From the NCBI GenBank assembly GCA_035279665.1, contig DATEHI010000152.1, positions 1,350-65,349 on the forward strand: DNA of 64,000 nucleotides. Direction: 5' to 3'. Shown here one piece after another: positions 27,318-37,140 of this stretch. The stretch's first letter is position 1. Every line of letters begins with the position of its first letter. The notes under the pieces were generated by a model. That model was not told the DNA's origin and ran no database searches. It saw nothing but the letters and a program-made list of their open reading frames with translations. Made by a program: the position numbers and the translations under genes. The stretch comes from Candidatus Dormiibacterota bacterium (GTDB lineage: Bacteria; Chloroflexota; Dormibacteria; CF-121).

Positions 27318-30300
27318 CGCCTACGCCGAGTTGCACTGCCACTCCAACTATTCCTTCCTTGAGGGCGCATCGCATCCTGACGAGCTGCTGGCGCGCGCCC
27401 GCGACCTCGAGATGCCGGCGCTCGCCATCACCGACCGCAACGGCTTCTACGGCGCGGTCAAGTTCTTCGGCGCGGCGCAGCGAGCAGGCATCCAGCCGAT
27501 CATCGGCACCGAGCTGACGATCGACGACGGGACCACGCCGCCGAAAGACCGGGTGGATTACGACCGCTGGGGGGATCGGTTGCTGCTGCTCGTTGAAGAC
27601 AAGCTCGGTTACACGAGCCTCTGCCGCTTGATCAGCATGGCGCAGATGCCCAACGCGAAAGGCATGGCACGCTTAGCTCCAGACAAACTTGCAGGGTTGA
27701 GCAACCATCTGATCGCGCTGGTCGCCGATCCCAAAGAGCGGCTGCCCTTCTACCAGGAGATCTTCGGCCGCGAACGGGTCTTCATCGAGCTGCACGACCA
27801 CCTGGCTCCGGACGACCGCTCGCGCAACCAGCGGCTGCTCGACCTGGCCGGGCAGTATGCGGCGCCGCTGGTCATCACCAACGAGGTCTTTTATGCGACG
27901 CCCGACCGGCACAGGCTCCACGACGTCCTCACTGCGATCCGTCATCGCACCACGCTCGACGAGGCGCAGCGCTATCTGCATCCGAACGCCGAGCACTACC
28001 TCAAGTCGGGGGTCGAGCTTCGCCAGGTCTTCGGCCGGTACCCGCGGAAGGTCGTCGACGACGGCCTGGCGCACGCCGCGGAAATTGCGGGGCGCTGCCT
28101 CTTCAGCTTCGACCTGGTGAGCGCGCGCTTTCCCGGCTTTCCGGTCCCGGCGGGGGAGACGCCGTACTCCTTCCTGTACCGGCTCTGCCAGGATGCCGTC
28201 CGCGAGAAATATCGTCCGGTCACTTCCGAGGTGGCGGCCCGTCTGCAGAAAGAGCTCGACGTCATCAACAAGACGGGCTTCAGCGAGTTCTTCTTGATCA
28301 ACTGGGACCTGATGCGGTTCGCGCGCTTACGCGGGATCCCGGGCCAGGGCCGCGGTTCGGCGGCCGACAGCATCGTCGCCTACCTGCTCGGGATCACGCG
28401 GGTCGATCCGATCGAGCACAACCTGCTCTTCGAGCGCTTCCTGCACGAAGAGATGACGACGACACCCGACATCGACATCGACTTCTCCACCGCGCACCGC
28501 GAGCAGGTGATCCAGTACGTCTACGAAAAGTACGGCCCGGAGCGCACCGGGATGGTCTGCAACGTCGTGACCTACCGCCAGCGGTCCGCGATCCGCGAAG
28601 TCGGCAAGGCGCTGGGATTCAAGGAGGAGACGATTGATCACCTGGCGAAGTCGGCATCAGCCTGGCACCCGGAAAGCCCGGAGACGATCGCGCAGGCGGC
28701 CGGCTATCCGACGGCAAACGCCGCGAAGCCCTGGCAGCAATTGTTCGACCTTGCCACCCAGATCCTCGATTTCCCGCGTCATCTCTCGATCCATGTCGGC
28801 GGGATGCTGGTCACCGGCGAGCCGCTGATCGACATCGTGCCGGTCGAGCGCGCCACCATGCCGGGCCGCATGGTGGTGCAGTTCAACAAGGACGACGTCG
28901 AGGAGCTGGGCTTGATCAAGATGGACATGCTCGGCCTGCGCATGCTCTCGGTGGTCGCCGAAGCGCTCGACCTGATCGAGGCCGACACCGGCGTACGCCC
29001 CGACCTCGACGCGCTCGACCTGAAAGACCCGGCCGTCTACGAACTCTGCACGCAGGCCGACACGATCGGGGTGTTCCAGATCGAGAGCCGGGCGCAGATG
29101 CAAACGCTGCCGCGCTCGCGACCCGAGACCTTCAACGATCTCGTCGTGGAGGTCGCGATCATCCGCCCTGGCCCGATCCAGGGCGATGCGGTGCATCCGT
29201 ACCTCAGGCGCAAGCAGGGCAGAGAGCCGGTGATGTACATCCACCCACGCTTGAAACCGATCCTCGAGGAGACGCTCGGCGTCGTCCTCTACCAGGAGCA
29301 GATCCTGAAGATCTCGATGGAATGCGCCAGCTTCTCGAGCGCCGAAGCCGACCGGTTCCGGCGGGCGATGAGCAGCCATCGGTCGCACGACTTGATGGCG
29401 GCGATCCGCGAGCGCTTCCTCAGCGGTTGCGCTCACAACGAGATCCCGCAACCGATTGCCGAGGAGATCTTCACCAAGCTGTCCGCCTTCGCCGAGTTCG
29501 GCTTCACAAAGTCACACGCGGCCGCCTTCGCCCGAACCTGTTACGAGACCGCCTGGCTCAAGCTGCATCACGCGCCCGCACTCTACGCTGGGCTGCTCAA
29601 CCACCAGCCGATGGGCTTCTATCACCCGCACGTGCTCGTCGAGGACGCCAAGCACCACGACGTCAAGATCCTGGCGGTCGACATCAACAAGAGCTATGTG
29701 CGCTGCACCGTCGAAGGTGGCGCATTGCGACTCGGCTTCAACTACGTGCATGGCGTCGGCGACAAGGCCCTCGAGGTCCTCGAGGAGGCGCAGCTCAAAG
29801 GTCCGGTCACCTCGCTCGAAGAGTTCTGCCGCCGCATTCGCCTGACGACGCAATCTCGGAACGGCCTGACCCGGGCGCAGGTGCAGAACCTGGTGCTGGC
29901 CGGCGCCTTCGACGCGCTGGAACCGAACCGGCGAGAGGCGGTCTGGCGCTTCAACGAGCACGCCGACGATTGGCAGCACACGCCGATGCTGGCCGAGCCG
30001 TCAGAGTCAGTGAGCCTGGCACCGATGACCCACCGCGAGCGGGTCGCGACCGACTACCGGCTGCTCTCGCTAACGACGACCGACCACCTGATTCATTTCT
30101 ACCGGCCGCAGTTCGATGCCTTGCACGTGATCGACTCGAAGACGATCCGATCGAGTGTTCGAGACGGAGCGAAGGTCCGGGTTGGCGGCCTGGTGATCAC
30201 GCGGCAATCGCCATCGACCGGCAAGGAGTTCAAGTTCTTCACGCTGGCTGATGAGTTCGGCCACGTCGACGTCATCCTGCGGCCGCCGATCTATCAACGG

Positions 30301-30453
30301 TACCGGCAGGTGGCGAACCTGGAGCCGATCCTGATCATGGACGGGCGGCTGCAGAAACAGGACGGCGTGCTGAGCGTGCTCGTCGACCACGTCGAGGCCG
30401 CGCCCTCGCTGCCCGAGGAGGACGTGTTCCCTACGTCACGGAACTACCGATAG
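27310..30453 (+). CDS. dnaE2: Error-prone DNA polymerase DnaE2 (ImuC)
   Basis: The PHP domain start is MTSAYAELHCHSNYSFLEGAS, with polIII-alpha core motifs and a C-terminal OB fold. An ATG at 27310 is chosen over the 27247 track start. Confidence 0.85.
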   Translation: MTSAYAELHCHSNYSFLEGASHPDELLARARDLEMPALAITDRNGFYGAVKFFGAAQRAGIQPIIGTELTIDDGTTPPKDRVDYDRWGDRLLLLVEDKLGYTSLCRLISMAQMPNAKGMARLAPDKLAGLSNHLIALVADPKERLPFYQEIFGRERVFIELHDHLAPDDRSRNQRLLDLAGQYAAPLVITNEVFYATPDRHRLHDVLTAIRHRTTLDEAQRYLHPNAEHYLKSGVELRQVFGRYPRKVVDDGLAHAAEIAGRCLFSFDLVSARFPGFPVPAGETPYSFLYRLCQDAVREKYRPVTSEVAARLQKELDVINKTGFSEFFLINWDLMRFARLRGIPGQGRGSAADSIVAYLLGITRVDPIEHNLLFERFLHEEMTTTPDIDIDFSTAHREQVIQYVYEKYGPERTGMVCNVVTYRQRSAIREVGKALGFKEETIDHLAKSASAWHPESPETIAQAAGYPTANAAKPWQQLFDLATQILDFPRHLSIHVGGMLVTGEPLIDIVPVERATMPGRMVVQFNKDDVEELGLIKMDMLGLRMLSVVAEALDLIEADTGVRPDLDALDLKDPAVYELCTQADTIGVFQIESRAQMQTLPRSRPETFNDLVVEVAIIRPGPIQGDAVHPYLRRKQGREPVMYIHPRLKPILEETLGVVLYQEQILKISMECASFSSAEADRFRRAMSSHRSHDLMAAIRERFLSGCAHNEIPQPIAEEIFTKLSAFAEFGFTKSHAAAFARTCYETAWLKLHHAPALYAGLLNHQPMGFYHPHVLVEDAKHHDVKILAVDINKSYVRCTVEGGALRLGFNYVHGVGDKALEVLEEAQLKGPVTSLEEFCRRIRLTTQSRNGLTRAQVQNLVLAGAFDALEPNRREAVWRFNEHADDWQHTPMLAEPSESVSLAPMTHRERVATDYRLLSLTTTDHLIHFYRPQFDALHVIDSKTIRSSVRDGAKVRVGGLVITRQSPSTGKEFKFFTLADEFGHVDVILRPPIYQRYRQVANLEPILIMDGRLQKQDGVLSVLVDHVEAAPSLPEEDVFPTSRNYR

Positions 30454-30487
30454 CTTGGGACCACTAGAAAACGCGCGTCGGCGGCAC

Positions 30488-30512
30488 ATCGCCTTTCTTT
30501 CTCAGGCGATGC
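30488..30512. terminator. Hairpin (CATCGCCT-9nt-AGGCGATG) between the convergent dnaE2 and ABC permease genes; weak candidate terminator
   Basis: An 8-bp perfect stem overlaps the permease stop codon. There is no strong U-tract on either side. Confidence 0.25.
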
Positions 30513-31599
30513 GCCGGCGGAGCGTCGCCGCGCCGGCGAGGATGACCAGCACACAGAAGCCCAGCACCACACCGACGTCGAGCTGCAGCGATGACCAGGT
30601 CAGATCGGCGCCCTTGATCATGATGTTCCGCAATCCCTCGACGGCGTAGGTCAGCGGTAGGACGTGCGATAGAGCCTGCAGCGGCCCCGGTTCAGTGCTG
30701 ACAGGGAAGATGATGCCGGCCAGCAGCATCTGCGGGACGATGACGAGGGGGATGAACTGCACCGCCTGGAACTCCGTGCGGGCAAACATGCTGAGGAAGA
30801 TGCCGAGATTGACGGCGGCGATCGCCATCAACGCCTCGAGCAGGAAGATCAGGGCGATATTGCCCGCGTTGTGGACATGGAGCACGAGCAGACTGAAGGC
30901 CAGCACCTCGGCTGACTGCACCAGCGCCAGCACGGTGAAGCCCAGCATGTACCCGAGCACGATCTCGGCCCGCCGCAGCGGGCTTGCCATCAATCGTTCC
31001 AGCGTTCCCTGGCCGCGCTCGCGCAGGAACGCCACCGCAGTGATCACGAAGACCAGGAAGAAGACCACCAGGCCGATGAAGGCGGCGCCGAAATAGTCGA
31101 GCGTGTCGAAGTTGGGCCCACCGTAGAGGAAGGTGATCCGCGGTGCGAACTGAATGCCGCCGGCCTGGCCGGCGAGGGCGACAAACGACTGACTGACGGC
31201 TTGTACGACGCTCTGCGAGAGTCCCGGCTGGCTTCCCTCGAGGTGCACCTGTGGAGCGATGAGCCGATGCTGCTGCGCTTGCACCGAGAAGTCGGACGGC
31301 AACGCAACGTACCCGGCAATGTCACCCGACCGCAGTTTGGCTTCGGCGTCCGCCGGCGACATACTCGAGGCCGAGACGGTCTTCGTGTTCTCGAGCGTGG
31401 ATGCGACGATGCTGCCCAGCGCACCACCATCGAGGTTGACGACGCCCATCTTTGGAACCTCGCCGCCGCCGCGAAGCAGGTAACCAAGGAGTGCGAGGAT
31501 GACGAGCGGGGCTCCAAAGAGCAGGGCCAGCGTACGATGGTCACGCCGGAACTGCTGCAGCAGCCGTCGCGTGATGGCTCGGACGCGGGCGCCGCTCAT
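30502..31599 (-). CDS. ABC-2 family transporter permease
   Basis: The 365-aa product has 6 predicted TM segments and ABC-2 type membrane topology. It shows a 4-nt overlap with the upstream ATPase gene. Confidence 0.7.
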   Translation of the reverse strand: MSGARVRAITRRLLQQFRRDHRTLALLFGAPLVILALLGYLLRGGGEVPKMGVVNLDGGALGSIVASTLENTKTVSASSMSPADAEAKLRSGDIAGYVALPSDFSVQAQQHRLIAPQVHLEGSQPGLSQSVVQAVSQSFVALAGQAGGIQFAPRITFLYGGPNFDTLDYFGAAFIGLVVFFLVFVITAVAFLRERGQGTLERLMASPLRRAEIVLGYMLGFTVLALVQSAEVLAFSLLVLHVHNAGNIALIFLLEALMAIAAVNLGIFLSMFARTEFQAVQFIPLVIVPQMLLAGIIFPVSTEPGPLQALSHVLPLTYAVEGLRNIMIKGADLTWSSLQLDVGVVLGFCVLVILAGAATLRRRIA

Positions 31600-32312
31600 C
31601 TCTGTGCCTCGGACAGCTTGAGGAAGGCATCCTCCAGGCGATCGACCCCAGCCTTCATCTTGATTTCGGGGACGGTCCCCTCAGCCAGCAGCTTGCCGAA
31701 GCGGATCAAGCCCAGACGGTCGCATCGCTCCGCCTCGTCCATTACGTGACTGGAGACGACGATGGAGGTGCCACCGGCCGCCATCTTGCGAAAGCCATCC
31801 CAGAGCTGAACTCGCAACTGCGGATCAACGCCGACCGTTGGCTCGTCGAGGAGCAGCAGATCCGGTTTGTGGACGAGCGCGCAGGCGAGCGAGCATCGCG
31901 TCCGCATCCCGCCGCTGAGCGTGCTCACAACCGATTGCCGACGATCCCAGAGGTCGACGAACTCGAGCGCCTCGCGTACGCCGTCGATACGCCCGTTGAT
32001 CGCGCCGAAGAAGTGGACGTTCTCCTCGGCCGAGAGATCGGGGTAGAGCGCGGCTTGCTGCGTCATGTAGCCGACGTGCGCCAGCACCGCGAGTTGGGGC
32101 ATGCGGCGGCCGAGCACCATGACGGTGCCCTTCTCTGGGGCGACCAGCCCAACGAGGCTGCGAATCAGCGTCGTCTTGCCGGCCCCGTTCGGGCCGAGGA
32201 GGCCATAGACCTCGCCGCGCCGGACCCGCAAGGTGATGCCATCGAGGGCCGTCTCTTTGCCGAACCGCTTGACGACACCGTCAACGTCGACGGCATAGGC
32301 CTCAGTTGCCAT
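31596..32312 (-). CDS. ABC transporter ATP-binding protein
   Basis: Walker A is GLLGPNGAGKTT, the signature is LSGGMR, and Walker B is LLLLDEPT. The start is taken at MATEAYAVDVDG. Confidence 0.8.
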   Translation of the reverse strand: MATEAYAVDVDGVVKRFGKETALDGITLRVRRGEVYGLLGPNGAGKTTLIRSLVGLVAPEKGTVMVLGRRMPQLAVLAHVGYMTQQAALYPDLSAEENVHFFGAINGRIDGVREALEFVDLWDRRQSVVSTLSGGMRTRCSLACALVHKPDLLLLDEPTVGVDPQLRVQLWDGFRKMAAGGTSIVVSSHVMDEAERCDRLGLIRFGKLLAEGTVPEIKMKAGVDRLEDAFLKLSEAQR

Positions 32313-33081
32313 GATTGCTCGCCTCCGGTCGCATGCCGCGCAGCCACACATCGGCGAACGCGAGCACGACGTCTTCACCGGCGGGAACGTCGACCGTCGC
32401 CTGGCTCATCACCGGCGCCGCCAGCATGTGAAACATGACGCCGCCAACGAGGCTCTGCACCGCAATCATTGGATGCATGCGCCGGAGGCGCCCAGCCGCC
32501 ATCTGGCCGGTTAGATATTGAGCGAACGTCCCGAAGGCGCGCAAACCGGTTTCAGCAAAGGCCTGCGCGGACTCCGGCGTCATCGACGTGACTTCGAGCA
32601 GCAGGGTCCGCACGATGCCAGTGTGTCCCGCGACGGTTCGATACGCGGTCACAACGACCTCGGGGATGACCTTTTCGGGCGGGCGGTCACCGGCGCGGGC
32701 GAAGACCGCCATGACCGGCTCGAACGGAGAGTACGCAAGCAGGATGGCCTTGAACAGCGCCGACTTCCCCGGGAAGAGGCGATAGAGATTCGCGCGCGAG
32801 ACGCCGGCTTCGGATGCGAGCGCATCCATAGAGAGGTCGTTGAGAGTTTGGGTGTGGAGCATGCGGATCGATGCATCGAGGACGCGCTGTCGCGTATCCG
32901 GACCCGGTTGCACTTCGAGCGCGTGCAGCAGTTGGGCGCGTGATGGAAAGGCCCGGTAGAACGTGGTTCGCGACACGCCCGCCGCCGCCGCGATCTCGTC
33001 CACCGACGCCTGCCGGTCTTTGGACAGCAGCCGCGTCGCCTCGCTCATGATCCGCTCCCTGGGTGGCCCGGACGTAGGCAT
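32302..33081 (-). CDS. TetR/AcrR-family regulator with two tandem TetR_N HTH domains
   Basis: Two HTH signatures are present: IAAAAGVSRTTFYRAF and LASEAGVSRANLYRLF. Confidence 0.7.
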   Translation of the reverse strand: MPTSGPPRERIMSEATRLLSKDRQASVDEIAAAAGVSRTTFYRAFPSRAQLLHALEVQPGPDTRQRVLDASIRMLHTQTLNDLSMDALASEAGVSRANLYRLFPGKSALFKAILLAYSPFEPVMAVFARAGDRPPEKVIPEVVVTAYRTVAGHTGIVRTLLLEVTSMTPESAQAFAETGLRAFGTFAQYLTGQMAAGRLRRMHPMIAVQSLVGGVMFHMLAAPVMSQATVDVPAGEDVVLAFADVWLRGMRPEASNHGN

Positions 33082-33100
33082 ATTCGCTTGTCACGAGACT

Positions 33101-33118
33101 AGACTGGACGTCCAGTCT
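33101..33118. promoter_or_regulatory. Palindromic operator AGACTGGACGTCCAGTCT in the TetR / fpg divergent intergenic region
   Basis: This is an 18-bp perfect inverted repeat (about 26 bp as a near-palindrome) located 20 bp upstream of the tetR start. Confidence 0.55.
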
Positions 33119-33166
33119 TGTCAAGTAACAGATTTCCACGCTATTGATGCGGTAGCCTGACCGCCA

Positions 33167-33970
33167 GTGCCTGAACTCCCGGAACTCGAAGTTCTGCGCG
33201 AATACCTCGGCCCACGACTCGAGGGGAGGAAGATTGCCCAGGTCTGGACCTCGCCCAAGCTGAGCTTCCTGCTTCGGACGCCGCCGGACGAGTACGCCCG
33301 GCAGCTGGTGGGCGGGACCTTCGAGCGGGTCTGGCGCCGCGGCAAGTTTCTGATCTTCGATATCAGCGGGCAGCACCTTGTCATCAACCCGATGTTGGGC
33401 GGCCGGCTCCAGTGGACGAAGGCTTCCGAGAAAGTCGCAGCCTCGACCGTCTTTCGCATCACGCTCGAAGGTGGCGACGAGCTGCGTTTTCTGGACACCG
33501 TGAAGATGGGGCGCGTTTACTGGGTGGTGCCCGGCGCCCTGCCGACGATCCCGGGATGGGCGGAGCTCGGCCCCGACGCCTTGACCGCGACCTTCTCCGA
33601 ATTCTCCCAGCGCATCCGCCGTCACCCCGGCGAACTAAAGAATTTACTGCGCAACCAGGCGTTCATCTCCGGAGTTGGCAACGCCTACTCCGATGAGATC
33701 CTTCATGAAGCCCAACTCCTGCCTCTCCGTAAGCGGACGACGCTCAAGCCCGACGAGCTGTCGCGGCTCTACGCGGCGACCCACACGGTGCTGAGCTCGG
33801 CCATCGAATCGATCAAGGCGCAACCGGGCTACGAGCCACACAAGCAGGATCGGAGGTTTATGGCGGTGCACGGCAAGGCGAAGGGAAAGTGCCCGCGCTG
33901 CGGACATCGGATCTCGGAGCTGACGGCTCGCGGTGAGGCGACCGATTTCTGTCGGGGCTGCCAGCATTAG
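33167..33970 (+). CDS. Formamidopyrimidine-DNA glycosylase family (Fpg/Nei)
   Basis: The N-terminus is MPELPELEV and the C-terminal zinc finger is CPRCGHRI...CRGCQ. Confidence 0.8.
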   Translation: MPELPELEVLREYLGPRLEGRKIAQVWTSPKLSFLLRTPPDEYARQLVGGTFERVWRRGKFLIFDISGQHLVINPMLGGRLQWTKASEKVAASTVFRITLEGGDELRFLDTVKMGRVYWVVPGALPTIPGWAELGPDALTATFSEFSQRIRRHPGELKNLLRNQAFISGVGNAYSDEILHEAQLLPLRKRTTLKPDELSRLYAATHTVLSSAIESIKAQPGYEPHKQDRRFMAVHGKAKGKCPRCGHRISELTARGEATDFCRGCQH

Positions 33971-33973
33971 CGT

Positions 33974-34768
33974 GTGCGGCTGAAGAACGCGCGCGTCATC
34001 GTCACCGGCGCGTCGAGTGGGATCGGCCGCGCCATCGCGCTCGAATTCGCGCGGCGCGGCGCACGGGTCGCGCTCGCGTCGCGCAATCGTCCTGCGCTGG
34101 ATGAGGTGGCCGCGATGATCGCAGCGGCGGGCGGCTCGGCGGTCGTGATTCCGACGGATGTGACGGCGGAAGGCGCTCTCGAGCACATGACGGATGAGGC
34201 GATCCGCGAGCTTGGCGGCATCGACATCCTGGTGAACAACGCGGGCCAGGGAATGAGCGCCAGCATCGGCGATGCGTCAGGCGCCGACGTGGAGACGCTG
34301 TTCAAGCTGAACGTTCTGGCCGCCGCGGCCGCCATCCGCGCCGTGATCCCGATCATGCGAGCGCAAAGCTCGGGCATGATCATCAACATCTCGTCGATGG
34401 CCGGCCGCGTCGTCATTCCGCGCATCGGCTACTACTCAGCGAGCAAGTTCGCGCTGGGCGCGATTGGGGATGCGCTGCGGATGGAGGAGTCGCATCGCGG
34501 CATCAGGGTGATGAATGTCTTCCCGGGGACGACGCATTCCAGCTTCGGCGAGAACCGCCTGGGCACACGGGGTCGCCAGGCCCACCAGGTGCTGCCACCC
34601 GTGTCAGCCGAGAAAGTCGCGCGGCGGATCGCCCTGGCGGTTGCCCGCAATCAACGCTCGGTCTACATCTCCTGGTTCCCGGACCGCGTCGGTCTGGCAG
34701 TCAACTGGCTCGCCGGCTGGGCGGTTAGCGGTGTCCTGGCATGGTGGGCACGGCGTGCCGAAACCTGA
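33974..34768 (+). CDS. Short-chain dehydrogenase/reductase (SDR)
   Basis: TGASSGIGRAIA is the Rossmann motif and YYSASK is the catalytic motif. Confidence 0.8.
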   Translation: MRLKNARVIVTGASSGIGRAIALEFARRGARVALASRNRPALDEVAAMIAAAGGSAVVIPTDVTAEGALEHMTDEAIRELGGIDILVNNAGQGMSASIGDASGADVETLFKLNVLAAAAAIRAVIPIMRAQSSGMIINISSMAGRVVIPRIGYYSASKFALGAIGDALRMEESHRGIRVMNVFPGTTHSSFGENRLGTRGRQAHQVLPPVSAEKVARRIALAVARNQRSVYISWFPDRVGLAVNWLAGWAVSGVLAWWARRAET

Positions 34769-34806
34769 TCACGAAAGCACCCTCGACGCCGGTGAACCCG
34801 TCTACC

Positions 34807-35208
34807 TCATCGATGACTGGCGGCGCCTTCGCCGGCGGCCGCGCGCGCCTTGTCGATGTCTTTCGCCCCGATCACGACCCGCGTCTTGGTCGCCAGGTAG
34901 ACCGCGGTCAGGCTGACGCCCGCATCGGCGATCTTCCGCGTCAGCTTTCCCAGCGCGCCGGGCTTGTCCTCGATATCCAGCACCAGCGCGTCCTGCTCGC
35001 CGGTGACTCGAGTGCCCGCAGTCTGGAGCGCTTGACGCGCCTTCGCGGGATCGCTGACGAGCACGTGGCCAACGCCCTTGCCGGCCACGACGAACCCACA
35101 GATCCCCTCGATGTTGACGCCGGCCTTGCCCAGCGCCTCAGCCGCGGCCGCCACGCTACCGACCTTCTCGTCCAGTTCGATCGTCAGATCTTTCAGATGG
35201 TGAGCCAT
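34807..35208 (-). CDS. ACT-domain pair protein
   Basis: The 133-aa product carries two ACT-like beta-alpha-beta-beta-alpha-beta repeats. Confidence 0.5.
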   Translation of the reverse strand: MAHHLKDLTIELDEKVGSVAAAAEALGKAGVNIEGICGFVVAGKGVGHVLVSDPAKARQALQTAGTRVTGEQDALVLDIEDKPGALGKLTRKIADAGVSLTAVYLATKTRVVIGAKDIDKARAAAGEGAASHR

Positions 35209-35557
35209 AGCCGACCTCCTTCTCTAACGCTGGCGGAATCAGGCGCCCATTCTAGGCTAGACAAATCGGTGTGGATCGTATAGCCAGTTCAAGCCGATCC
35301 CCAGCAGGGCGACGGCAAAGGCCATCACCACCAGGAGGAGCGAGACGCGACCGGCCCACCGGATGGCAGGCGCTTGCCGTTCGAACGGACGGGACCGATC
35401 GAACCACAGGGTCCAGATCGCGACCGGGAGCACCGGTACGCTGCGAAGCACAATGCGGAGCAACGGGCTGGTGGCGATAAACGCCTCGATGACATAGAAG
35501 CCTGCCAGGACGACGAGGACGGCGACGAGCGCGATCAGCAGGGGGCCGTGAAGCCAG

Positions 35558-36871
35558 CTAGTAAGCCTCGAGGTAAGCGTCGAGCTCCCACGGGGTGACC
35601 TGCTTCTCATAGCTCTGCCACTCCATCTCCTTCGCCTCGATGAAACGTTCGAGGAGGTGGACACCCAGCGCATCGCGCATCACCTCGTCCTGGCGGAGGT
35701 CCTTGAGGGCCTCGGCGAGTGAGGCGGGGAGGTGGCCCAGCTGGTGACGGGCGAGGCGCTCGGGATCGAAGGCATAGAGGTTCTCTTCCACCGGTGGCGG
35801 CAAGGGCAGCTTTTGACGGATCCCGGAGAGGCCGGCGTGCAGCATGGCCGCGAATGCGAGGTAGGGATTGCACGACGGGTCCGGCGCCCGGAACTCGATC
35901 CGGACGGACGCGCGATCGCCGCTGCCGGCACGCGGCACGCGGATCAAGGCCGAACGGTTCATCTGGGCCCAGCTGACGGCGACCGGTGCTTCGAAGCCGG
36001 CGACGAAGCGCTTGTAGGAGTTCACCAGTGGGGCAACCAGTGCACACAGTGCGCGGGCGTGGGCCAGCTGACCGGCGATAAAGTGCTTGGCGACGGGAGA
36101 CAGCTGGTACTGGTCGGCGCGGTCGTAAAACGCATTGGTGTCCTTGCCGGCCTCGGTCAGGACCTGGTGGGTGTGCATCCCGGATCCCGCCGCACCGAAG
36201 ATCGGCTTGGGCATGAACGTCGCCAGCAAGCCCCGCCGCTGCGCAACCGCCTTGACGGCATGCTTGAGCGTGACGAGCTGGTCCGCGCTCTTGAGGGCGT
36301 TGCTCAGGGCCAGGTCGAGTTCGTATTGACCGGCGGCGACCTCGTGATGGCTGGCCTCGACGGTGATCCCCAGGCGATCGAGCGCCCCCACGATTTCCTG
36401 GCGAACGTCGCTGCCGACGTCGACCGGATGGTCGAAGTAGCTGGCGCGATCATGCTGCCCCGGTCGCACGCCGCCGGTGGCGGTGTCCGTGTTGAGGAGG
36501 AAGAACTCCAGTTCCATCGCGACCGAGTAGTCGAAGCCAAGCGAGGCGGCCTCGGCCAGCGCCCGTGCCAGCACGCCGCGAGGATCGCCGGCGAACCGCT
36601 CGCCCTCCGGGGTCATCAGATCGCAGATCACCTGGGCGCCCGGCACGCCGTCTGCCTCGCCGATCGTCAGGGTGTCGAGGTCCGGGCGAAGGAACATGTC
36701 GCTTTCGAAGACCCGCGCAAAGCCCTCTACCGACGAACCGTCGAACCATTCGCCGTTGCGCACCGCGTGCGGCAGTCGCTGAGCCGGGATCGTGATGCTC
36801 TTCACCGTGCCGAGCACGTCGACGAATCGCAGGTCCAGGAAGCGGATGGAGCGTTCGGAGAGCCGCTCCAT
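35558..36871 (-). CDS. Glutamine synthetase family protein (GlnA2-like, about 437 aa)
   Basis: MERLSERSIRFLDLRFVDVLG...GSGMHTHQ...NSYKRF...RVP are GS catalytic motifs. An ATG at 36871 is chosen; the longer track ORF extends into non-conserved sequence. Confidence 0.75.
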   Translation of the reverse strand: MERLSERSIRFLDLRFVDVLGTVKSITIPAQRLPHAVRNGEWFDGSSVEGFARVFESDMFLRPDLDTLTIGEADGVPGAQVICDLMTPEGERFAGDPRGVLARALAEAASLGFDYSVAMELEFFLLNTDTATGGVRPGQHDRASYFDHPVDVGSDVRQEIVGALDRLGITVEASHHEVAAGQYELDLALSNALKSADQLVTLKHAVKAVAQRRGLLATFMPKPIFGAAGSGMHTHQVLTEAGKDTNAFYDRADQYQLSPVAKHFIAGQLAHARALCALVAPLVNSYKRFVAGFEAPVAVSWAQMNRSALIRVPRAGSGDRASVRIEFRAPDPSCNPYLAFAAMLHAGLSGIRQKLPLPPPVEENLYAFDPERLARHQLGHLPASLAEALKDLRQDEVMRDALGVHLLERFIEAKEMEWQSYEKQVTPWELDAYLEAY

Positions 36872-37140
36872 TGTCCGCTCGACGGTCTGCGCGGTCGCGC
36901 GGCCTGCCGCCGCCTCAGTCTTCGCCGTCGGGCACACCTTTAGGCCGCGAGTCCTCTCCGGTTTCCAGCTCGTCCCACGACGGGCCGAGTCGCGGGTAGT
37001 CGCCGGGTCGCCAGGGTTTGTCGCGCTGTACGGAATTATCCTCCATGACGTTTGCTCCTCTTCCGAGATCCAAAGGCGGCTGTCAGGGCGAGTGACAGCC
37101 GCCTCAACGGCGAACGCGCGAACCAACCGACTAGGGCGAA

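Noticed and set aside
33207-33219. GAAC-N5-GTTC (gaactcgaagttc) resembling a LexA box near the fpg start
   Set aside because: Spacer is 5 not 4 nt and it lies inside the fpg coding sequence (encodes PELPELEV).
35257-35673. 138-aa ORF on the minus strand downstream of the glnA2-like gene (two TM helices)
   Set aside because: Its 5' third overlaps the GS gene and no start codon with an RBS is found after the GS stop. It may be a small membrane protein with an unresolved start, or noise.
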